Of a DNA stretch of 64,000 nt, positions 53,853 to 64,000 are shown piece by piece. Origin of the DNA: Paraspadella gotoi (taxonomy: Eukaryota > Animalia > Chaetognatha). The DNA lies in NCBI GenBank assembly GCA_051294375.1, contig CM119263.1, forward strand, positions 15,055,574-15,119,573, read 5' to 3'. Each line of letters begins with the position of its first letter. Position 1 is the first letter of the stretch. The notes under the pieces are model-generated. The model ran no database searches. It saw nothing but the letters and a program-made list of their open reading frames with translations, and was not told the origin of the DNA. Made by a program: the position numbers and the translations under genes.

Positions 53853-55608
53853 AAAAAAGAAAGAAAGAAAGAAAGAAACCAAGCAAGAAGAAATAAGAGA
53901 CGAAATCTTAAAAACACGGGAAGAAAATATTATATATTCTAAATGACAGACCTTTCACTTTCAAAAACAAAAAAATAACATGTCTGCGGATATTCGTTTT
54001 TGTGTGCCTTTCAAAGAAAAAAAAATTGTACTGTCTTTATTTATTTATCTATTTATTTATTTATTTATTTATTTATTGCTTTCCGAATAGTTTACAATTT
54101 ATAGATTTTCATCCGTAAATGACATTCATTGCTGTAAGTGAAAATATACGTACATATTTTAAGAGAGAAGATACAGTTGCAATGACTCAGTTGTTTCACG
54201 GTCGATTTCGTTTCAAAAGAGAAACAGTTTGCAACCGACCATGCAATTCACGCAATATAACAGGGCAATAACCCACTGCAATCGGTGAACGTTTTATTCT
54301 TAAAGCGTAAATTGCTGAATAATTCGGCAGCTTTGATAATGAATCAAATTACGATAGTTTACTAATCATTTGCCGGATTATTTAGGCTCAGTTGTTTTAT
54401 TCAAGTTTAAACAAATTTATCTTGTATTGGTTTAATTTCATTTGGTTAGTAAAGTATTTAAATCGCCTGCATCATGTGGTTTTAATAACTAAATTCTCTC
54501 GAATGGAGTCATTTCGCTCGAGTTTGCTTGGTTCGCATCGCTTGCTTGGTTCGCTCGCTTTTTTGCTTTTTTTTTTTGCTTGTTCGCTTATTTAGAGAGG
54601 AGAAGAGATTTCCTGAGGGCGATCGTCAGTGTGTGTAAAAGGGGGCGGCCGGGTGGGGGGGGAAGGACGGCGAGATCCGTGTGATGAATGGGGCAAAAAG
54701 CAAACGCATGGAAACGTGAATTTTACTGAAGAGTTACGGGACCAGAATAAAGGAATATCCCCCGCCTCTATCTCTATCCGGTCCCCCTTTTTTTCTCTCT
54801 CTTTCTTATCCCTCTTTTTCCCTCTATCAAAAGAGATCGGTTGGGATTGCAAGCGGAGACAGATAAGGAGTCTTAGTGAGGCGAGAGAAGAGAAGTGGAC
54901 GACAGTCGTGATTGAGATTAAAACGCTGCAACGATTTCACTCATACAACACGTTGAAGTAAGATAGAAAAAAACCATTCCTGAAAGTAAAAAAAAATATT
55001 GTTTTCCTTTTTTGAATAGCGCAAGATATGGGAAAAAGAGATGAGCAAATGAAAAGAGAAATAAAAATTGGAGAAGGGAGAGAAAAAAAAAGTCGAACGG
55101 GTTCACTTTTTCAATTCAGTTCAGCGCCCGGTCTTGTCAATCATTTATTCATTGTTTAAGCGCGGCGCGACGCTTCGCTGGAACCGACGAACGATGACGA
55201 CGACGATGGCGACGAACGAATGCGACGAAGGGGACGTCAATGAGGGAATAAACGCGACGACGATGTGCCACGACGAGGGAGAACTGCGCCTTAGGGACAA
55301 TAAGTCACTCGATAACAAAGCGGCAGCGTCGTCCGTCTAATGTAGGGAACCAAGTGTAACGCAATGGAGAACAACAACGACAAAAAACGAGCGATGGAAT
55401 CGAAAGCCGGCGGAAATCGAAGAAAACTGCGGTAGATGTCAGCGTCGGAGAGTTAATCAAATAAGAAAAAGGAGAAGAGACGAAGGAAGAAAAAACAGGA
55501 GGGAACAAGCGAGATGAAGGAAATTGAATGTCGGAAGAAAGAAGAAATAAAGAAAAGAAAGAAAGAAAGAAAGAAAGAAAGACTGAATATCGAAAGAAAA
55601 GAAAGAAA

Positions 55609-55641
<33 letters not shown>

Positions 55642-57552
55642 AGAGAAAGAAAGAACGAAAGAGAGGTGGAGATTGGAAGAAGAGAGAAAAGAAAGAAGAC
55701 AGAAAGACAGAGATATAGATGGAGACAAAAGGAAAGAAAAAGAAAGACTGATATATCAAAGAAAGAAAGAAAGAAAGAAGAAAGAAGAAAAGAAAGAAAA
55801 GAAAGAAAAGAAAGAAAGAAAAGAAAGAAAGAAAGAAGAAAGAAGAGAAATAAAGAAAGAAAGAAAGAAGAAAGAAGATAGTAAAAATTGGGACGAAGAA
55901 AGTCGCGACGAAAATTCGCGACAACCCGAGGCGACAGAAACACGCCCACTATTATCTTTTCTTTCTTCCTCTCCTTTTCTCTTTTCTTTTCTTCCTTACC
56001 CTTTCTCCGATTTCTGACTTTTTAAAAAACATTTTTCCTTCCTTCCTCCTTTTTTCCTTCGACTTTCCATCCGTAAATAAGCGCGGTTTGCAGTTCATTT
56101 TCATTCGTTCGTTGATTTTTTTTTCTTCTTCTCATCACTCTTTTTCTTTTCCTCTGTTCCTTCCTTTTTCTCTTTTCTTGCTTTAATTAACTTATGATAT
56201 ATCGTGCGGACGCTTTCTCTTTTTTTCCTTCACCTCCTTTTTTCCTTATTTCCCTTTAACCCGTCACTTCATGCGAATTGTGGACCCTCGAGGTTCCTGC
56301 GACAAAAGGGATTTCGATTGCCCAGGGGGAATCTCCTCTCATCTCCTCTCTCTCTCCACTCTCTCTCTCTCTCTCTCTCTGCATCAGTCTCCTCTCTGCT
56401 TCTCTCTCTCTCTCTCTCCACTGTCTTTCTTTGTTCTCCCAGAGCCTCTCTCTCTCTAAAAACTTCTTCTCTTCGCTCGATTCCGTCATCTTCTTCACCG
56501 ATGTCACCCACAAAACATTTAATGTTTTGTTTGTTTGTTTGTTTTTCTTTTTTTTGGACGAATCGACCGACAAAATTTTGGTTTTAAAAAACAATACTGC
56601 AAGGATGTGAAGGATGTTTAAGGATCGCTACACGATAAGGAATGCAGATATTTGCCTCTTGAAGCAGCTTCCGTGTCATTTGCATAAATTCTTCCCCCCA
56701 AAAAATGTTCGCCTTCAAAATTGGAACGCGCGCGTTCTTCTGAAGATTATATTCGTTTGTCAAGCTTTTTTATTTTATCGTTGCGTTGAGTTGATTTTTG
56801 TAAAGCGAACATAATTTATATCGATTATCTAACTTCAATGTTTTTGAAAGCAATGGTTTGAACATTTTGAACAATGTTTTTGAACATTTTGAAGCAATAT
56901 TTTGAACATAATTTTTATCGTTTAACTACTTCCAATGTGTTTACTGAATTCCGGTCCTACGTCAATTTTAAGATATCTTTATCCTCTTCCATTCTTTCCT
57001 CTTCCTCTTCTTTTCAGTCTCTATTTTCTCCTCTCTTTCTTTTTTTCCCCTTTTGCTCAATATATTTTTTTTTTTTCTCTTAGAGGTAAAGGGAATTCCT
57101 CCACACCCCCGCGGGAGAAAAGGAAAGACGTATCTGTCTTCTTTTGTTTCAATTGGATTTATTAAATGTATCCCAATAGAAAAAAGAACAAAACAATTTC
57201 TCTTTCCTTTTCCTCTAATTTTAAATTTCTTTCCTTTTCGTTCCCATCATTTCTTCTTATCTTTTTTCTTTTTTTTCCCTTCCGTTTCGTTCTTTTCTCC
57301 GTCTTCCTCCATTCAAATCCAGGTCGTATGTACGTTTCTACCTTTTTTCTTTTTGATCCCCTTTTTTTTTCGTTTCAATTCTTTCCTGTTCGTCTCTTTC
57401 TTTCTATCTTCTTTTCCGATTTTTCCTTACTTCTTTTCCTTTCTTCCCTATCTTTCTTTTCTTTCTTAGAACTGCTTCTCTAGTCTTTGAAGGATGAAAA
57501 GGAATCGCTAAACGAAGAATGGAAAAAGAAAAAAACTTCCGTCGTCGGTTAA

Positions 57553-58470
57553 GGGGACCAAGTGAACAGGGGGGGGTAAAACGCTGAAACAATAACGTTT
57601 GACCGCTTTAACTTAAATCTGTTCTGATCAATATAATTTTTCTTCTATAATCATTTGGGAAAGTAGTTTAAAAAATTCGATAAAATCAGCGAGCTTACTT
57701 TTTCTTTAAAAATCGGTAAGAAGAAAATCTTTTTCAAGTTTTAAAATTTTTTTTTCCAAAGGGTAAGATCTAATTTTTAAAAAAGATTTTCAAGCTTTTT
57801 ATCACAAAAATTTATAAGAAAAAAAAACTAGGAATGAATCAAAATTTAAGGTATCGACTGATTTTATTTAAAGCTTTCTTTTCAAATGATTCTGTTAAAT
57901 TGGATGAAAATAAAACTCTTTGAGTAATATATAATATAAAAAAGAAGGGGAGAAAGATTTCTGTACTTCTGCTAAAAATTTTAAATTGTTTATAATACGG
58001 AAATCAAATATAGTTTTAATTATACATTTAAGGGATGAATATGAATATTAAATTAATAATTATTACAGTTTTGTTTCGTAAGAATAGAATTTAGGTTTGA
58101 TTTGTCTGCATTTTAGTAAATATAAAAATATAAAAATATTAATACTTGTAAAGCCTTTGTTCAATGAGGCTTTAAACCTAAAAATTATAGGCTTTGTAAC
58201 AGTAAAATAAAAATTGGAATTTAGTAAAAAAATACTTTCTAAATGCAAAAATAAAATAATGGATTATAATAAATATTTAGGTAGGGTCAACTAAATTTTT
58301 TTTTCATAATTCATTAAATTTTTGTTTCGCGCTACAATAAGAGATGGGAATTTTTTTGCCAGTTTTCCCGTGCAAAAGAAAAATTAATGACTATAGCACC
58401 ATTCAAATCCCTTTGATGAATAGAACCCTATAAAGCTTATGATATCATTTTTTATGTCAACGTGGTCCCC
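57553..58470. mobile_element. Non-autonomous Kolobok-type DNA transposon (918 bp), TTAA TSD
   Basis: TTAA|GGGGACCAAGTG...CGTGGTCCCC|TTAA. The empty site with a single TTAA is at 53678-53681 (gtcggTTAAgcgacattcc). Confidence 0.92.
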
Positions 58471-60667
58471 TTAAGCGACATTCCCAGTTTAGTCTCATTG
58501 TCATGGAAAATTGTCGAGAATCTAAGTACTCACTTTTCCAAGAAAGAAGAAAGGAAGAAAGAAAAGGAAAGAAAGAAAGAAAGAAAGTAAAGAAGAAAGA
58601 AGAAAAGATAGAAAAGAAGAAAGAAAGAAAAGAACCAAGCAAGAAGAAATAGAGACCGAAATCTTAAAAAACACGGGAGAAAATATTATATATTCTAAAT
58701 GACAGACACCTTTCACTTTCAAAAACAAAAATAACATGTCTGGCGATATTGCCGTTTTTGTGTGCCTTTCAAAGAAAAAAATTGTACTGTCCTTTATTTA
58801 TTTATCTATTTATTATTTTATTTATTTATTTATTGGCTTTCCGAATAGTTTACAATTTAATAGATTTTTCATGCCCGTAAATGACAATTCAATTGCTGTA
58901 AGTGAAAATATACGTACATATTTTACTTTTTCTTTGTCTGAATGGTATATTTTAAAACTCACGGTCGTTTAAAAAGATTCGTTTGACTAAATGGCTCTCG
59001 GTTACACNNNNNNNNNNNNNNNNNNNNNNNNNTTACCTTCTTCTACTCTAAGAGGAATTCGAATCTCCGACTCTCAATGACCTCCTCTCGTAATCCTCGA
59101 CCAGACATAATTTTCGCGATGGAGTAAACAACCGGCAACATCGCTCGCTCCACTAATTTGTTTACTCGGAGTACAACGACTTCCAGAAACGAATCCAGAG
59201 AGAGCTAGAGTGAGAGGGAAAGAGAGAAGATACAGTTGCAATGACTCAGTTGTTTCACGGTCGATTTCGTTTCAAAAGAGAAACAGTTTGCAACCGACCA
59301 TGCAATTCACGCAATATAACAGGGCAATAACCCACTGCAATCGGTGAACGTTTTATTCTTAAAGCGTAAATTGCTGAATAATTCGGCAGCTTTGATAATG
59401 AATCAAATTACGATAGTTTACTAATCATTTGCCGGATTATTTAGGCTCAGTTGTTTTATTCAAGTTTAAACAAATTTATCTTGTATTGGTTTAATTTCAT
59501 TTGGTTAGTAAAGTATTTAAATCGCCTGCATCATGTGGTTTTAATAACTAAATTCTCTCGAATGGAGTCATTTCGCTCGAGTTTGCTTGGTTCGCATCGC
59601 TTGCTTGGTTCGCTCGCTTTTTTGCTTTTTTTTTTTGCTTGTTCGCTTATTTAGAGAGGAGAAGAGATTTCCTGAGGGCGATCGTCAGTGTGTGTAAAAG
59701 GGGGCGGCCGGGTGGGGGGGGAAGGACGGCGAGATCCGTGTGATGAATGGGGCAAAAAGCAAACGCATGGAAACGTGAATTTTACTGAAGAGTTACGGGA
59801 CCAGAATAAAGGAATATCCCCCGCCTCTATCTCTATCCGGTCCCCCTTTTTTTCTCTCTCTTTCTTATCCCTCTTTTTCCCTCTATCAAAAGAGATCGGT
59901 TGGGATTGCAAGCGGAGACAGATAAGGAGTCTTAGTGAGGCGAGAGAAGAGAAGTGGACGACAGTCGTGATTGAGATTAAAACGCTGCAACGATTTCACT
60001 CATACAACACGTTGAAGTAAGATAGAAAAAAACCATTCCTGAAAGTAAAAAAAAATATTGTTTTCCTTTTTTGAATAGCGCAAGATATGGGAAAAAGAGA
60101 TGAGCAAATGAAAAGAGAAATAAAAATTGGAGAAGGGAGAGAAAAAAAAAGTCGAACGGGTTCACTTTTTCAATTCAGTTCAGCGCCCGGTCTTGTCAAT
60201 CATTTATTCATTGTTTAAGCGCGGCGCGACGCTTCGCTGGAACCGACGAACGATGACGACGACGATGGCGACGAACGAATGCGACGAAGGGGACGTCAAT
60301 GAGGGAATAAACGCGACGACGATGTGCCACGACGAGGGAGAACTGCGCCTTAGGGACAATAAGTCACTCGATAACAAAGCGGCAGCGTCGTCCGTCTAAT
60401 GTAGGGAACCAAGTGTAACGCAATGGAGAACAACAACGACAAAAAACGAGCGATGGAATCGAAAGCCGGCGGAAATCGAAGAAAACTGCGGTAGATGTCA
60501 GCGTCGGAGAGTTAATCAAATAAGAAAAAGGAGAAGAGACGAAGGAAGAAAAAACAGGAGGGAACAAGCGAGATGAAGGAAATTGAATGTCGGAAGAAAG
60601 AAGAAATAAAGAAAAGAAAGAAAGAAAGAAAGAAAGAAAGACTGAATATCGAAAGAAAAGAAAGAAA

Positions 60668-60700
<33 letters not shown>

Positions 60701-62611
60701 AGAGAAAGAAAGAACGAAAGAGAGGTGGAGATTGGAAGAAGAGAGAAAAGAAAGAAGACAGAAAGACAGAGATATAGATGGAGACAAAAGGAAAGAAAAA
60801 GAAAGACTGATATATCAAAGAAAGAAAGAAAGAAAGAAGAAAGAAGAAAAGAAAGAAAAGAAAGAAAAGAAAGAAAGAAAAGAAAGAAAGAAAGAAGAAA
60901 GAAGAGAAATAAAGAAAGAAAGAAAGAAGAAAGAAGATAGTAAAAATTGGGACGAAGAAAGTCGCGACGAAAATTCGCGACAACCCGAGGCGACAGAAAC
61001 ACGCCCACTATTATCTTTTCTTTCTTCCTCTCCTTTTCTCTTTTCTTTTCTTCCTTACCCTTTCTCCGATTTCTGACTTTTTAAAAAACATTTTTCCTTC
61101 CTTCCTCCTTTTTTCCTTCGACTTTCCATCCGTAAATAAGCGCGGTTTGCAGTTCATTTTCATTCGTTCGTTGATTTTTTTTTCTTCTTCTCATCACTCT
61201 TTTTCTTTTCCTCTGTTCCTTCCTTTTTCTCTTTTCTTGCTTTAATTAACTTATGATATATCGTGCGGACGCTTTCTCTTTTTTTCCTTCACCTCCTTTT
61301 TTCCTTATTTCCCTTTAACCCGTCACTTCATGCGAATTGTGGACCCTCGAGGTTCCTGCGACAAAAGGGATTTCGATTGCCCAGGGGGAATCTCCTCTCA
61401 TCTCCTCTCTCTCTCCACTCTCTCTCTCTCTCTCTCTCTGCATCAGTCTCCTCTCTGCTTCTCTCTCTCTCTCTCTCCACTGTCTTTCTTTGTTCTCCCA
61501 GAGCCTCTCTCTCTCTAAAAACTTCTTCTCTTCGCTCGATTCCGTCATCTTCTTCACCGATGTCACCCACAAAACATTTAATGTTTTGTTTGTTTGTTTG
61601 TTTTTCTTTTTTTTGGACGAATCGACCGACAAAATTTTGGTTTTAAAAAACAATACTGCAAGGATGTGAAGGATGTTTAAGGATCGCTACACGATAAGGA
61701 ATGCAGATATTTGCCTCTTGAAGCAGCTTCCGTGTCATTTGCATAAATTCTTCCCCCCAAAAAATGTTCGCCTTCAAAATTGGAACGCGCGCGTTCTTCT
61801 GAAGATTATATTCGTTTGTCAAGCTTTTTTATTTTATCGTTGCGTTGAGTTGATTTTTGTAAAGCGAACATAATTTATATCGATTATCTAACTTCAATGT
61901 TTTTGAAAGCAATGGTTTGAACATTTTGAACAATGTTTTTGAACATTTTGAAGCAATATTTTGAACATAATTTTTATCGTTTAACTACTTCCAATGTGTT
62001 TACTGAATTCCGGTCCTACGTCAATTTTAAGATATCTTTATCCTCTTCCATTCTTTCCTCTTCCTCTTCTTTTCAGTCTCTATTTTCTCCTCTCTTTCTT
62101 TTTTTCCCCTTTTGCTCAATATATTTTTTTTTTTTCTCTTAGAGGTAAAGGGAATTCCTCCACACCCCCGCGGGAGAAAAGGAAAGACGTATCTGTCTTC
62201 TTTTGTTTCAATTGGATTTATTAAATGTATCCCAATAGAAAAAAGAACAAAACAATTTCTCTTTCCTTTTCCTCTAATTTTAAATTTCTTTCCTTTTCGT
62301 TCCCATCATTTCTTCTTATCTTTTTTCTTTTTTTTCCCTTCCGTTTCGTTCTTTTCTCCGTCTTCCTCCATTCAAATCCAGGTCGTATGTACGTTTCTAC
62401 CTTTTTTCTTTTTGATCCCCTTTTTTTTTCGTTTCAATTCTTTCCTGTTCGTCTCTTTCTTTCTATCTTCTTTTCCGATTTTTCCTTACTTCTTTTCCTT
62501 TCTTCCCTATCTTTCTTTTCTTTCTTAGAACTGCTTCTCTAGTCTTTGAAGGATGAAAAGGAATCGCTAAACGAAGAATGGAAAAAGAAAAAAACTTCCG
62601 TCGTCGGTTAA

Positions 62612-63529
62612 GGGGACCAAGTGAACAGGGGGGGGTAAAACGCTGAAACAATAACGTTTGACCGCTTTAACTTAAATCTGTTCTGATCAATATAATTTTT
62701 CTTCTATAATCATTTGGGAAAGTAGTTTAAAAAATTCGATAAAATCAGCGAGCTTACTTTTTCTTTAAAAATCGGTAAGAAGAAAATCTTTTTCAAGTTT
62801 TAAAATTTTTTTTTCCAAAGGGTAAGATCTAATTTTTAAAAAAGATTTTCAAGCTTTTTATCACAAAAATTTATAAGAAAAAAAAACTAGGAATGAATCA
62901 AAATTTAAGGTATCGACTGATTTTATTTAAAGCTTTCTTTTCAAATGATTCTGTTAAATTGGATGAAAATAAAACTCTTTGAGTAATATATAATATAAAA
63001 AAGAAGGGGAGAAAGATTTCTGTACTTCTGCTAAAAATTTTAAATTGTTTATAATACGGAAATCAAATATAGTTTTAATTATACATTTAAGGGATGAATA
63101 TGAATATTAAATTAATAATTATTACAGTTTTGTTTCGTAAGAATAGAATTTAGGTTTGATTTGTCTGCATTTTAGTAAATATAAAAATATAAAAATATTA
63201 ATACTTGTAAAGCCTTTGTTCAATGAGGCTTTAAACCTAAAAATTATAGGCTTTGTAACAGTAAAATAAAAATTGGAATTTAGTAAAAAAATACTTTCTA
63301 AATGCAAAAATAAAATAATGGATTATAATAAATATTTAGGTAGGGTCAACTAAATTTTTTTTTCATAATTCATTAAATTTTTGTTTCGCGCTACAATAAG
63401 AGATGGGAATTTTTTTGCCAGTTTTCCCGTGCAAAAGAAAAATTAATGACTATAGCACCATTCAAATCCCTTTGATGAATAGAACCCTATAAAGCTTATG
63501 ATATCATTTTTTATGTCAACGTGGTCCCC
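62612..63529. mobile_element. Same Kolobok-type insertion in the duplicated block
   Basis: Same termini, flanks and interior as 57553-58470, at +5059. Confidence 0.9.
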
Positions 63530-64000
63530 TTAAGCGACATTCCCAGTTTAGTCTCATTGTCATGGAAAATTGTCGAGAATCTAAGTACTCACTTTTCCAA
63601 GAAAGAAGAAAGGAAGAAAGAAAAGGAAAGAAAGAAAGAAAGAAAGTAAAGAAGAAAGAAGAAAAGATAGAAAAGAAGAAAGAAAGAAAAGAACCAAGCA
63701 AGAAGAAATAGAGACCGAAATCTTAAAAAACACGGGAGAAAATATTATATATTCTAAATGACAGACACCTTTCACTTTCAAAAACAAAAATAACATGTCT
63801 GGCGATATTGCCGTTTTTGTGTGCCTTTCAAAGAAAAAAATTGTACTGTCCTTTATTTATTTATCTATTTATTATTTTATTTATTTATTTATTGGCTTTC
63901 CGAATAGTTTACAATTTAATAGATTTTTCATGCCCGTAAATGACAATTCAATTGCTGTAAGTGAAAATATACGTACATATTTTACTTTTTCTTTGTCTGA

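Overview
Repeat-rich eukaryotic (probably invertebrate animal) genomic scaffold, not prokaryotic. Most ORFs in the supplied track are translations of (AG)n, (AAAG)n and (GTC)n microsatellites. The only solid host coding signal is two minus-strand exons (2828-2995, 2536-2712) that splice into a V-type immunoglobulin domain of a lachesin/IgLON/DIP-like cell-surface protein. Mobile DNA: a Ty3/Gypsy (CsRn1-like) LTR retrotransposon with 3' LTR, PPT and integrase (36448-39419); three copies of a TTAA-targeting, GGGG-ended Kolobok-type non-autonomous element; a 612-bp palindromic MITE with an 8-bp TSD; and an inverted pair of Penelope-type pseudo-LTR fragments that together reconstruct a hammerhead ribozyme. 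Much of the window consists of indel-rich re-copies of neighbouring sequence beside exact 25-N gaps, most likely uncorrected long reads pasted in by gap filling. These copies happen to expose filled and empty alleles of two insertions. No CRISPR, rRNA or tRNA was seen, and I cannot support a wholly new biological system; the findings are candidate leads.
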